A stretch of 64,000 nt of DNA from Chrysomallon squamiferum (taxonomy: Eukaryota; Animalia; Mollusca), in NCBI GenBank assembly GCA_012295275.1, contig CM022668.1:10168001-10232000 (forward strand), given 5' to 3'. The notes below the pieces were generated by a model, which saw nothing but the letters and a program-made list of their open reading frames with translations, did not search any database and was not told where the DNA came from. Every line of letters starts with the position of its first letter. Position 1 is the first letter of the stretch. Shown here piece by piece: positions 1-23,948 of the stretch. A program made the position numbers and the translations under genes.

Positions 1-24
1 TACTTGGTGTTTTTGTATAAACAG

Positions 25-360
25 ATCTAAACGGAATATAAATGATGTGACGACAGAGTCTAAATTAAATCAAGAGAGAACTCATCAAAACTCAGAACAC
101 GAAGAAGAACAACATGATGACTCTGAAGAAAGAATGAGGAAGCTCTGACTGAACCTGGTGGTTACACCGGTTACGGTTACGGTTTCTGGTCATTTTAATT
201 CACACATTATCACGTGATCAGTTGGAGAGAAACACGACTAGAAATGACTACGTTAATAGTAGTCAAAATAGTTCAAATGAACGAGTACGAAAAACTCAAG
301 TGGAACGAGAATTCACGTACTACGTATGAAAAGATAACAGCAATAAAATTTTCAGTGTTA
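25..360 (+). pseudogene. Terminal cytoplasmic-tail exon of an upstream paralog (gene 0) of the EGF/F-type-lectin receptor family; frameshifted as assembled
   Basis: Acceptor acag at 21-24, then SKRNINDVTTESKLNQERTHQNSEHEEE..., homologous to 11854-12175. The MNEYEKLKWNENSRTTYEKIT motif is present (ORF 214-432). Three 1-nt indels versus gene A give an early TGA at ~146-148. Real decay and assembly error cannot be told apart. Confidence 0.7.
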
Positions 361-519
361 ATGCGAGTTTATATGCATTTTAGTGTGTTTGACTGTGAAG
401 TCCAGTTTGCGTGTCCCAAAATGTGTACGTAGTTTGCATTCATCTGTGAAATCAGTTAGATTAAATATTCTTTCATTACCTTTTGCAAGTAAAGATGAAT
501 TATATATTTAATATTATAT

Positions 520-720
520 TATTCTCGTGTTACTTTTGTATTTAAATGTTACGTAAATCTCCTTATTTTCGAGGGTATTTAAATGTTTCCCCTTATTTTA
601 GTTTTATTTATATATTTAATTGTTGTGCTGTTCACGTGTTATTTGTGTATTTAAATGTCACGTTATTCTCATGTTATTTGTGTATTTAAATATTACGTTC
701 TTATTACGTCGTATTTTACT
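520..720 (+). repeat. Degenerate ~30-bp AT-rich repeat (tgtatttaaatattacgttattctc-like) in the 3' UTR; also at ~12340-12700 and ~40310-40660
   Basis: The same imperfect motif is reiterated downstream of the stop in all three Tyr-tailed paralogs. Confidence 0.55.
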
Positions 721-827
721 CCGCTAGTCTTCTAACAATGTTCAGTCTCTTGTTGTATTTACAGTCGATATATAAACAAGGCACCTAAAGATAAAATGAG
801 GTTCGTTGTTTGTTATTTTTTGCCTCA

Positions 828-919
<92 letters not shown>

Positions 920-1677
920 ATGCATTTTGCATATTGTTTGGATTACGTAATATAGTTTAAAAGTTCATATTATCTATGAAAAAATTAAAATGAAATTTAC
1001 CTGACATCTACTTAAATATCAAACTAAAGTTAAAAAAAAAAAAAAAAAAAAGAAAAGAAAGTATTATTTAAATGTTGTTGTTTTTTTTGTTGAATATACA
1101 GTCCACTCTTCTTTATCTGTGTGTAAATACACAACAATGTCACTGTACAACCACTCATAAAACCAATTTCTTATCACAGTTAGCTTGACAAAGGTCGCAT
1201 TATAAACTCTTCTCTATATGAGCGATAACAAATGTAGGACGATTTTCAAAAACTTGTAGGGGCAGATCGTAATATTCATTACAGTGGTCAACTTGAATCC
1301 CTAGGAAAATAATTTAGAATTATTATTTTTAAATACTATAAAATTTCTGTGCCAATTCGTTTTTAATGCTTAAACACATACATACTTATCAGTCGTTACA
1401 GTGGTATTCACAACAAAAGGGAATACTTTAGATTGCATTAGTTAAACGATTATGAAACCCAATGACCTTTATTTTTTATTTTTTTAATTTAGTTCTTAAT
1501 TTTAGTCAAGGGCAAAGGCTACTTATGAAATAAACCTGGTGAAAATATATTACATTCGTGTATGTACTAGAAATCTGTAAGTATGCGTGTTTGTGCATAC
1601 GTACAAACTGTTCATATGCGTTTGAATGTTTCTCTTTTGATTGACATATGTGTGTCCGTGTCTTTTGATAGACAGAC

Positions 1678-1765
<88 letters not shown>

Positions 1766-1779
1766 AGAGAGGAGAGACA

Positions 1780-2064
1780 TTTGCCACCCACTTTAGTATC
1801 CAGGATACGCTCCTGCATTAAGATAAAAACATCTTCCTGGTTAACTTGTTTGATAACATTTATTTTACACTTATGATTACAGCTTGACACATTCGAAANG
1901 AAACACTCGAATACATGTACAGAACACACCTCTAGTAAGTGTATTTATAACTATCGTTGAAGAATGTGTGTTTTGTGATTTATTGTTACTTGACATAACT
2001 CTGTAGTCACAGATAGGAGTGTTTTATAGAAATTAACAGATTTTGTTGTTTCAGAACTGAAATT
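1780..2064 (+). promoter_or_regulatory. Conserved family promoter/5' UTR block of gene A: GATA (AGATAA 1821, TGATAA 1851), ETS-like (CTTCCTG 1833), TATA-like (TATTTATAA 1942)
   Basis: A ~280-bp non-coding block is conserved upstream of the start codon in all five copies (1780, 13740, 27955, 41820, inverted at 61309-61600), while flanks are microsatellite-divergent. Motif function is inferred. Confidence 0.6.
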
Positions 2065-12175
<10,111 letters not shown>

Positions 12176-12824
12176 TGTTCAGTGCTAATGTTACTTTATA
12201 TACATCAAAAAAATATTTTACTGTCAAATCGAACTGACCATGAAAATTATATATCAAGTCGAAAATGTGTAATCACTTAGACTGAATATTTATTTTCTTT
12301 ATATAACTAAAAATACATACTGTTTTATGATATTTAGTAGTTAAGTATTACATTATTTTCTGGTTATTTGTGCAAGAAAGATGTTACATTATCATTATCT
12401 TACATGTACATTTAAATATTATGTTACTTTTCGTTTTATTTGTGTATATAAATATTAACCTAATTTCATATTATTTGTGTTTTTAAATACTACGTTATTT
12501 TGTATTTAAAGTTATTTTTGTATTTAAATGTTACGTTACTTTAATACTGTGTATCTAAATACGTCAATCTCCTTTTGAATGTTCCATTACTTTAATGTTA
12601 TTTCTATATTTAAAATTTACCTTCCTCGAATTTTATTTCTGTAGTGAAAATATTACGCTATGATCATGCTAGTTGTGTATTTAAATATTACGTTATTCTT
12701 ATTCTTATAACACTGCTCAGACTGTTGCTACAAATGTTTAACTGTCAAACATAAACGTGCAGCTAACGTTAAAATGTGATTTTTCTCTTCAGCTTTTACA
12801 TTTTATTATTCTATTTGTTATTTT

Positions 12825-12952
<128 letters not shown>

Positions 12953-13646
12953 GTATGCATTAGTGTTTGGATTATATATGATATACATATTGAAAGTTTA
13001 AAATAAAGTTAAAAAAAAGAAAAAATATGATTAAATTTATTTTATTTACATTTGACTTTTTTCCTATTATTTATTGATTTATTAAATTCTAGTAGTTATT
13101 TTGTAATGTCTTTACTGGAAGATCTCTTAAATATAGTGTCCCTCTTCTTTGTCTGTGTGTAGCTATACAACAATGTCACTGGAAAACCGCTCATAAAACT
13201 AATTTCTGATCACAGTCAGTTTTAGGGTAGTCTAACAAGCTTCGACATATAAATCATTAATGTATATGATCGATAAGTGATGTAAGAAGATGTTCAAGTA
13301 CTTGCAGGGATTAATCAGGAAAGACTAATTAGGGTTGTGAAATGATTTTTTGAGTTCGCCTCCGTGTAATAGATAGTAAAGAAGACAGGGAATCACGTGA
13401 TCTATTCTGTACAGTAAAGAAAACGTTATTTCTAAAATGTTGTATGTATCCAAATAAACGCTTGTTTAAATATTATAGTAAAGCAATAAATACATAGCCA
13501 AAAACAACCCATTACAACAAAATTAGCTTTAAAATTCAATGTTTGTCTTTTGACTGACATCTGTGTTAACATGCATTCAAATAGAGAAAGACATATAGAC
13601 AACGATAGATAGCTAGATCGATAGACAGACAGACAGACAGACAGAC

Positions 13647-13716
<70 letters not shown>

Positions 13717-13739
13717 GTAGATATAGTCAGACAGAGAGA

Positions 13740-14031
13740 TACATTCATACCCAGTTTAACATCAAGAATACGCTCCTGCATAAAGATAAAAACATTTTCC
13801 TAGTCAACTTGTTTGATAACATTTATTTATGTTTATGATTACAACTTGACACATTTGAAAGAAACAATCGAATACATTTACAGGACACACCTCTAGTAAG
13901 TGTATTAATAACAACTCGTTGAAGAACTTGTGTTTTATGATTTGCTGTTTCTTGACATAACTCTGTAGACACAGATAAAGAACAGAGGTTTTGTAAAAGT
14001 TAACAGATTTCGTTGTTTCAGAACAGAAAAC
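13740..14031 (+). promoter_or_regulatory. Family promoter block, copy B
   Basis: Aligns with 1780-2064; AGATAA at 13784. Confidence 0.55.
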
Positions 14032-15603
14032 ATGTTGAAGTGTTGTATTTACTTTGTTCTTTCTGCGTTGTGCGTTTATTTCAAAACTGAATACGTGTCA
14101 GGTAATTTTATGTACATATATATGTACGTGTGTGTGTGTGTGTGTGTATACTGAGTGATAGATAGAAAAATTGATATAGACAGATGGATAGAAATATAGA
14201 TAGGGAGATAGATAGATAGATATGTATGTGTGTGTGTATTTGTGTGTGTGTGCGGACGTGTCAGACATATACACAAATAGATATATAATTATATGCATAG
14301 ACACTTACAACTAAGTAAAATAAAAATATACGTTGAAGTATTATGTCTTATTTTATTGTGAATTCATTAGTTGAAGTTGTTCACAAGTAAGACACAGAAA
14401 TGTTTTGTAATACAAACCAGATGTGAATTATTTTCTCAAAGTATTTTATCAGAAGGTGTAAAGATCGGACAGAGAGAAAGCAGTTATAAAATGTATTTTA
14501 TTGTTATAAATAAACAAATAGTTTTTGATATCAGGTACATGAATATATTTTATCATACTCGGGTGACGTTAATTATAGTAATATCATTATTGACAACTGT
14601 AGCTAAAATGGGAATAACAATAGCTGTAGAAGCAGCTGAAATATATCCTTAATACATATATATGGTACAATGTTTAACATAGATCTATAATAATAGTAGC
14701 AGTGTTGTAGTTGTAGTAGTGTTAGTAGTAGAAGTAGTATTAGTTGTAGTAGCAGCAGCGCAATTAGCACTAGTAGCAGGCTAGAATAATAGAAGTACTC
14801 ATAGAAGTAGATGTCGTAGTAATTTTGAAAAACCTGTACATTTGAAGTGTTAGCAAGGACGACCAAGTTTCATAAGCCAGTAGTAGTAGTAATAGTTGTT
14901 GTTGCTGCTTTTGTTGCTTTTTTTTTTCTTTCAAAACAGTCAGTGTCATCATACAATCAGGAAGTCATCTTTCAGTCAGTAAGCGTCATCATACAGTCAG
15001 TGAGTTCCGTACAGTTAGTGTAATAATACAATCAGTATCATCATACAGTCAGTAAGTGTCATCGTGCAATCACTGAGTCTTCGTGCAGTTAGTGTAATCA
15101 TACAGTGTCATCGTGCAATCACTGAGTCTTCGTACAGTTAGTGTAATCATACAGTGTCATCATAGAATCACTGAGTCTTCGTACAGTTAGTGTAATCACA
15201 CAGTCAGTAAGTGTCATCGTGCAATCAATGAGTCTTCGTACACTTAGTGTAATCATACAATCAGTGTCATTTAAGAATCAAATTTCATCACACAGTCAGT
15301 GTCTTCGTACAATCAGTAATTATGATAATCTAACCTACGTCATCATCCAGTTGCTAAACGTCCAGTCTACTGACATGTTTTATATCTACTTCTCTGTGTA
15401 CTGCAATTCTATTTTTCATAAAAAAATCCCTCTTCTTTAATCCAGTCACTGTCATTCAGAATGTTCCAGTGATCGATACGGACAGGCCTGTAAAAAACTA
15501 TGTAAATAACGTAAATGTTTTAGAGATTCAACTTGTGATGCTGTGAATGGAACTTGTCTTGATGGTTGTCAAAGAGGATACGAGTCTACAGACTGTACAA
15601 CCA
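14032..15603 (+). pseudogene. Gene B: truncated receptor paralog (intact signal-peptide exon plus one EGF exon with a stop)
   Basis: Exon 14032-14101 MLKCCIYFVLSALCVYFKTEYVS|gt. Exon 15460-15603 is homologous to exon 7 with an in-frame TAA at 15507-15509 (GAA in gene D). Exons 2-6 are absent. Intron-7 homology continues to ~16240 and then stops. Confidence 0.8.
14935..15320. repeat. Imperfect ~49-bp tandem repeat (tcactgagtcttcgtacagttagtgtaatcatacagtgtcatcgtgcaa)
   Basis: Units at ~15070, 15119 and 15168; an expanded form of the cagtcagtaagtgtcatc-rich stretch in intron 6 of A (~6070-6230) and C (~34060-34220). Confidence 0.7.
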
Positions 15604-16564
15604 GTACGTATTTACTAGTGAATGAGAAACCACACAAGAATGTTAAACTTAATAACACTGCTGATATCTTCTTCATCTAATTTGAGAAGTCTTATTTTAT
15701 TAAACATATAAAGATCTCCGTGGCCTATGTCGCTTCTAATTTGTCTGGAGGTTTCTTTTTCCTTTTCGCTTATAATTTTTGATTATTTCCAGGTTTTTTC
15801 CTTTATTTATTTATTCATTATTATTATTATTATTGTTATTATTACTATTACTATTATTATCTTTATTATTATTATTATTAATTTTTTTTTTTAAGGTCAA
15901 TCCAAATTGGATGACTGTATTCTTTAAACATAATTCGCTTCTGGTTTAGGTACAAGAGAAACTAACATCATAAGTCAATCTATTTTTCAAAGATTTGGAG
16001 TAAATACAAACCTAACAATTAATTATTCGTCTCTCTTTGAGGTCTGAGTATTATATTAGCATTAGCGTGAAATCGACGTTTTATTTATTTTCCAAAGATG
16101 TGAACTCAAGGCTGAAAAATATAAAAATAAAAAATAAATAAACTCAGAAAAGATAACATTTATTATAATATTCCTTGACGAACTTTTTTTTTTTTTGGTT
16201 CCAAAGTGTACAGACACAGAGATTCAAATACCGCTGCTGCTATTGGATAAAGCATTAAGTTTAGATAGGAGGCTTAGAAGTTTCATACAGAACGGTGAAG
16301 AAAAGTGTTTGCATAACCCAGGCACACCATGTTACGTAGTTTAAGTGTATGTGCGTGCGTGTGAGTAAGTTAGACATGTTGTCAAACAATTAGTGAATAA
16401 TTATTTTAAAGGTTAGCATACATCGTGACATTTTAAGAAAACAGCTTTAAGTCTCAAAACAGAATCTCTCTGTCCAAAAAAAAATAAAAAACAAAAAATA
16501 AAAGGAAAAGGAAAACACACACACAAAAGAACAACGGAACAAAAAAGTAAATAAATGCATAGGT

Positions 16565-16613
<49 letters not shown>

Positions 16614-17449
16614 GTCAAATAAGAATCAAAGCTTAATGTTAAAAACCTGTTTCCGTTATGGAGCCGAAGTCGATCTTCTTGTTGCAGTGGTATAAAAATA
16701 TCCATCCAGTAAATTATTTGATAACGGACATTTAAATTATAAATGTTATGACTTGATATATTAAGTATTAATAAATTAGTAATTATAAATAAATGAATAA
16801 AAAAAAGGATGATGATGATATAAAAATGATGATGATGATGAAGTAAAGAAATAATGTAATGTCTTACCAGAATTTTGATTTACCGTGCGCACTAAATAAA
16901 ATTTACTGATTGAACAGGTAAAAATAAAGACGGGGATTAGTTATCTGGATGAGTCTATTTACAAAAACAGGTTGTCATAAACGACATTCGCACGTTTAGA
17001 TTATTAGCTGTCTGTTTACAATACCAAAGGGATTAACATTAGGGGATTATCGTCAAAGTTAATCGGATAATCCTATTCGCAGCAACCACCTGGAAATCGA
17101 TGTTGTCATATTTATATTGGGTAACAATAACTGGAATTAGTTTTAAACGATAAAAACATAAGTGTACGAAGTAATAGGGTGGCTTTTATTATTCTTTATT
17201 ATTTTTGACATGCGTGGCATAATAGATTAACACACACAAGATAACTCATATTATTGTTAAAGTAATCTAACTATAGCGATACAACTGAAATCCTTGTTTT
17301 TTAAAAATAAACAGAGATGTTCAGCTCATTAAAGTTTCCCTTATCCTTAAAGACTTTTAAACATGAAAATGATATTTAGAAAACAACAACAAAACGACAA
17401 AAATCAGAGACGTTTTTACTGTACATTATTTTGGTATAACACTTCTATA

Positions 17450-17800
17450 GACTGAAATATATCATTAATGATTTTTTTTTGTACAGTATTTAATAATACA
17501 GCTCTTATTTAGATTCAAATATAGAAAGTATTTGTGTAAAAGTTATTATCATTGTACAATATATATGTATATATATATATATATATATACAAATGTAGAA
17601 CACATTTGTGTAAAAGTTTATTACTGTACAATATATAGATAACTGTTATTTAGAAAGTATTTTTCTAAAAGTTATTATTATTGTACACTATTTAGTAATA
17701 CAACATTTATTTACATTCAAATATAAAAAGTATTTGTGTAAAAGTTTATGTACAATGTATAGATAACTTTTATTTAGATTCAAATATAGAAAGTATTTGT
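17450..17800. repeat. 3' UTR repeats copying the last codons/stop of the ankyrin gene (ttatttagattcaaatatagaaagtatttgt)
   Basis: Near-copies at ~17505, ~17646, ~17707 and the coding copy at 17770. Confidence 0.6.
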
Positions 17801-20800
17801 CTGTAAGCTGTCTGCTCGTTTTCATCGTCAGAAGAGTTTATTTTAATGCTGGCCAGATCACGAGCGGTAATTCCTGCAGCGTTAGCTACATCAACTACAC
17901 CAGCACCCAACAGAACATCCACAGTACCCACCTGGGCCCTCTCTACTGCTTCGTGGAGAACGGAGTTGCCGTCGTTGTTTAGAATGGTTACATCAGCACC
18001 TTTGTTTAACAACATCTTCAGATTCTCTGGCTGGTTGTGTTCTACACAAACATGTGCTGCTGTCTGGCCGGCTTTGTTACGAAGATTAACGCAGCATCCA
18101 TTTTCAAGGAGGATGTCGACTACGTTACAAGATGTAATGGTTTGGTCAGTCGCTTGATTAACTGTTGTAGGTGTTTTACAAGAGGCAATCAAATCTTTCA
18201 GCACAACTAATTTATTTTGATCTACCAGTGAATCAAACTCTGTCAAGGTTTTGAGCATGACGTCAAATGAGCCGTCTGACGTTATTAACGGCTTCAAAAG
18301 TTCAGACATATGTCTAGACGGTTCCTGTAACGTTTTGCGAACAGCCACATGAAGAGGACTGTTACCCTCGCTTGAAGTAACATTGGTTCGTCCTCCTTTG
18401 GCTAGAAGACTTTGTAAGATTTCAGTGTGATGAAACGATGCTGCAGCATGCATTGCTGTCACTTCACCGTCTCCGTAATTCGGGTCAGCGCCTTTGTCCA
18501 GCAGAAAATAGACAACGTCTTGTTTCCCAACTGAGCAGGCGCTGATGAGCGGAGTGATTCCGTTGTCGTATTCACAGTTAATATCTGCGCCTGCCTTGAG
18601 GAAAACGTCCATCAGATGCAATTTCCCAAACTGTGCTGCCATGTGTAATGGAGTCAGTCCTGTTTTGTCTCTCCATTTAGGCGAACTGCCTTTGTTCAAA
18701 AGCAACTCAACATTTTTGTCTAATCCTAGCATGATGGCTTTATACAGAGCTGTTTGGTTGTTAGAATCGACACAGTCTGGATTCACGTCATTGTCCAGTA
18801 GTACTTGAAGTATCTCCGGATTTTGATGCATAGCTGCATGAAGCAAGCAAGTCAGTCCATTGTTGTCCAGCAGATAAGGATCCGCCTTTAGTTCCAGTAA
18901 TGTTGATATGCTATCCGCGTGTCGGTTAATTGTAGCTAAATGTAAAGGTGTTAGTCCTGTTAGGTCCTGATGGTTGACATTGCCTCCAGCTTCTTGTAAT
19001 ACTTTGAGAAGAGTACGTTTCCGATTCACTGTTGCTACTGAGATAGCTGTCCATCCATTGTTATCAGCTATGTTAACATTTGCCCCCAGATTGATAAGCA
19101 GTTTGGTTTTCTTTTCCATGCCAAGCAGAACCGCTGTGTATAAGACAGAGAAACCCTGATTATCTTGACTATTTATGTCTGCTCCGCTCTTAACGAGAGA
19201 TTCTATCATGTCTGTGTTTCTCGTTCTTACTGATAAATGCAAAGGAGTTAATCCTTTTTTGTTCTTTACTTCAAGCTTTGCTCCAGATTTCAAAAGTTCT
19301 TTCACTGTAGAAATGTCCGCATAGACACAAGCGTCGTGCAGAGGAGTACACAGTTCTTTGTCTAAACTGTTTACATTGGCTTTGTGTTTTAACAGTAATT
19401 TTATTATCGCTAGGAAGCCAGATCGCGACGCGACGTGAAGAACAGTTTTACCATCTGCATCCGTGCTTTCTGTGTCAACGCCTTTTTCCAAGAGAAACCT
19501 GACTGCCATGACGTCGCCACAGCGAACTGCTCTGTGTAAGAGAACGGCAAAAAGATCAGATTTCACATCTACTCGTCTGGATAAAAGAAAACTAGCTATG
19601 TCAAAACATCCGGCGAGTGGATATCTTCGGAAATCTTTGTAAAGTACAGGACAGGGTCCTTCAAGCTCAGATCCACTGCGCACTAGGTACTGTATGACGT
19701 CGCTTTTATTATAATGTAAAGACAGATGAAGAGGACTCAAAGACAAATTGTTTTTTAAAGTCAGTTTTGATCCTTCTTGTATCAAATATGACACAAATTT
19801 GACTGAATTATGTTCTGCTGCGATGTGGAGAGGGGTGTCTCCAGATTTGTTTGGAACATTCAGTTTGGCTCCAGCCTCCACCAACTTTACAACAGATTCT
19901 AAATTTTCAGCCCTGACTGCCAAATGTAAAGGTGAGTTTCCATCCACGTCTGCTGCGTTAGGATCCCCGCCTTTCTGTAGCAGGTATCCGACCACGTCAG
20001 CAGTGTTGTTCTCAGCTGCAAGATGCAACGGCGTCTGCTTATTTTCGTTCACAGCAGTTATGTCAAGTCCTAAATTCACAAGAAAAGCTGTAGATTCCAC
20101 ACATCCGTATCTTGATGCTGTGTGTAATAGGTTTTCACTGTGACTCACTGATGTCTTGCAGGCTGGATTACTGCCAATGATTTCTTTCAGGATGTCGGCA
20201 TCATCGTGTGCAGCGGCCAGAAAAGCACAAAGTTCAGATTTTCCTGCTGTAACGTGATTTGTTAACTGCCTGAAGAGATCGCCAGCTCGGATTTCGACAC
20301 TGCTGGGAAGAGTCAGTGCTAGACGATCCGATCGCAGTGATCTTCTGAGTCCTTCGTGACACTGCAGTAGTAACTGTCTGAGAGCACGACGAAGAACCGG
20401 TTCACTAGTCTCTAACTGACAAAGTCGATGAATGAGAAAACGTGAAATTTTCCAATTTCCTTTTTCTAACGCCAGATACAACATGGATCCGAAATCGTCA
20501 ACCATCAGATCAGCATTAGTTTTGCACTTCAGCAGATATTCAAACATGGACATATCGTCTGACTTCGACAGAGCAGCAGCAATCAGTGTCGTCACAGTTG
20601 GAACAGTGTCGCATTTCAATAGAGATGTTGTTGTTTCAGAGTTTCCTGTGAAGCAAGAGACATCGAGAATTTCGCCACGCTGGTTTGTAATAACACTGTC
20701 GGTTGATTCGCAGACAGCTTTCACAAAATGTCTGGTAAGACTACGACAGTCTTCAGCAACAGCAACACTTGTCGTTGTCGATGTCGATAATAACATTTTC

Positions 20801-22214
20801 TGATCAAAAGTTCGGGGTAAACCTGGATATAAATAAGGGAAATAACCATCGTGTTTTTCGAAACCAGACCAGACATTTTTGAAATAATCTTCATGAAATA
20901 GAAGGGGGATAGTGTGCTGTTTGATATCAAGTGTCTGTGATAGGACTTTGTTTGGGACAACCGATTTCCAGAATTCTTCTGTCAAATACTTAACGAATTC
21001 TTCATCTTTTAACGATCGGTGTGAAAGAATAAGCCTTGCGCTGGATGACGACAACAGATCTGTAAACCTTTCAGCAAGAACTGGAAAGTTTTTCCTCTCA
21101 ACTCTAACAACGACGTCGTCATTCCTTGCCGCACTAGGTGTGATGATATATTCAAGAAGCAACATCGCCGGACATATGAGGAGTCCTTGCTTCTGGTACT
21201 CTGATATAAACTGCAGGAATAATGTATCAAATATGGATTGGTGAATAAACGTGTATTCTCTCTCCTCGTCGTTGTGTGTCAAGTACAATCCACACAGAGA
21301 TTTGGCCGAAGCTTTCATTTGACCTAGCGAAACATCACTGTTTATTTTACACACGTGCTTCAGCTTACTTATCAAGTTTAGCATATCTGATGAATCTTCG
21401 AATGGGTCCAGACAATCCTCTTTTAAAACCCCCTCTTTGAACAACATAGTGAGTAGTACCAGGTACTGGTACTGACCTAGCTCTGATCTGTCTTCTTTAA
21501 GCATGGCAAACTGATCTCTTAGAAATTCTACAGGCTTTTTAAAGAATTCAACTCCACGCTTCTGAGCGCTCTCTGAGCTGACGAAAAAATTACAGCACTG
21601 CGGGAAACCAAGTTCTTGAAATGTTTCCTGTACTGCTTCATCCTTTTCTTCTTCTTTCATGTGTACCCCGCGGAAATTTAGGTGTCTGTCCAGAATGTTT
21701 CTCTTCTCTTCAGACGTCAGATGCATATCTTCATCATGCAGGTCAATTAAGTGTATCTTGTTGAAGATGGCAAAAATACGAAGATTTTGCTGACACTCTG
21801 AAAATATCTGTGTCCTGAACGTGATTATCACCTTCATGAATCCAGATTCAACAAAAGACCAGACGGTTTCAAATTTCATTTCCCATTCTCGCTGAAACTC
21901 TGACACAAGGTTGCTCTTTCCAAAAATGTCATCAATAAGAACAATCATCTTTTCTGTCGGCTTCTGCTTGACCAAATCTTTAGGTCTCGGGATATCTTCG
22001 AACTGAGAAGGATGAGTCACCAAAACAGACTGAGTTTGTTCTCGATTTACAATTTGTTCCATCAGATTAAAACTCAGAGTTGTCTTCCCCGATCCCGGAC
22101 TTCCTATGATGACGACAATGCCAAGGTTGGCGAGTATTTCTTCTGCCATTCTGAATGCCCTGATCGGAACAAAGGTTTTGTTGTTGATGTGTTGAATTCG
22201 AGTTGAAGCATTGC
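17770..22214 (-). CDS. Large terminal exon: P-loop STAND NTPase (nSTAND3-like) followed by a helical region and ankyrin repeats
   Basis: 1459-aa ORF extended to the acceptor at 22215-22216. Reads FVPIRAFRMAEEIL-x-Walker A GSPGSGKTT, Walker B IVLIDDIFG, VIITFR sensor-like strand, GFPQCC, YTFIHQSIFD, then many GxTPLHxAx...LLxxGADxN repeats. Confidence 0.93.
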
Positions 22215-23117
22215 CTTTTAAATATAAGAGGAGTATTTATCTTAAAAGTTATTGTTATAGTCAACAACAGTAATAATAATAATTGTAGTTGAAGAAACCT
22301 CACCGGTCTGATTTAGCAGAAAATTTATATTCAGAAAATTTATATTTAGGCAAATAGGAGTGAAAAACGTTGTCCACTTTTAGCATGATCTGAAAGGCTA
22401 CTAACGAAACATACTTCTGTGAATTTCCACAGTTTCGACAAAAATGGGCTGTCACCAAGAATTAAATGACCATAGCTGAGCAAACAATCTATAATTAATT
22501 TTATAAAGACGAATTCACAAGGTTTCAAGAAAGGTTATTATTATATATAAATAAATATGGAGTTATTTCTCGTGAGCATACAGAATGAAATCAAATATTT
22601 GTTATCTGAATATTGGCACCCTCGCCCATTTTTGTCAAAATTGTAGAAACTGAGAAGACAATATCTCGGAAACCACATTCCGATCATGCTAGAAATATCA
22701 GCAAGTAATAACAAATGGTAATAAAACATTTATGATTCTTTGATTGAATTTTTTCCATTATTTATTATGATTTGACACGGAGTGAATAATTCAACTAGAT
22801 AAATATAACTAAAGAAATGTTTATTTCTTCTTTTAATATTTTAGTTTCGTTTATTTTTGAATATATATCTATTATATACAAGTTGATGCGACACAATTAA
22901 CATAAAAATAATCCAAGAATCCATATACTCACGTTTCATGTTGGATAATTTTTCTGTTTCTTTTTCTGCAAAGAAGTATAAATATTATTTAAATGGCTGT
23001 TTTTAACATATAATGAAACAGAGAGAAAGACAAAGATACAGGCAGACAGAAATATATTTTATTATTACTATGATTAATAACAACAGTAACAGTAAATAGA
23101 TCGACTGATATACTTAC

Positions 23118-23165
<48 letters not shown>

Positions 23166-23321
23166 ATATATATATATATATATATACTTTTACTATGATT
23201 AAGGACAGCATTTGAATAACAACTGGAAGAGAAACAACAACAGCGATAATAATTATAAACATTAACATATTATTAACATTATTCTTATTCTTATTGTTAC
23301 TGTCATTATTATTATTATTAC

Positions 23322-23361
<40 letters not shown>

Positions 23362-23886
23362 TAAAAATATCACATCCTTTTTTCTTCACCTTGCGTTTTC
23401 ATTGATTACTATATTAACAAAACCATCATTTACTTTTAATCTTCATCTTCTTTTTTCCTCCTTCATTAATGCACCCCACTGTCATGTTTTGTTGCAAACC
23501 TGAAGTATCACTGAGTACACATATCATATCCCTTCTTGAATGCTGTTCTGACATTTTGCCTACAATAAGCAGAGAAAGTCTGAATGAATGAATAAGGAAT
23601 GAATGAATAAACGAAATGAACCATCAAAAAATGTTTTTAATACTTAGGTGTAAAGTGCCTTTTTGAATGTTAATTAATAAATGACTAGAAAAAAAAACAA
23701 CCATTATATTAGCCAAATAATTCCAGAATACAGAACGGTCTTAGATAAACAGAGAAAGGTACAGCAGCAGTATTTCATAGGTTAGACAATAAATGCATTG
23801 TTAATATATGGTATTTATATATTTCCATATTCCTTTTATTAATCATTTTTGTACATCTATACATATATACACACATACATATATAT

Positions 23887-23948
<62 letters not shown>

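Noticed and set aside
1506-1929. Short ORFs such as SLSLSL, YIYIYI, IIIII and ERERER here and throughout the window
   Set aside because: Translations of (CT)n, (AT)n, (ATT)n, (AGAT)n and (ATAC)n microsatellites.
17770-22149. Horizontal transfer or bacterial contamination for the long intronless, GC-richer ORF
   Set aside because: It has a spliceosomal acceptor and upstream exons. Large single NTPase-plus-repeat exons are usual for animal NLR-like genes. Older origin would need a phylogeny.
17797-22206. Plus-strand ORFs overlapping the ankyrin exon
   Set aside because: Antisense shadows of a long coding exon, with no recognisable motifs.
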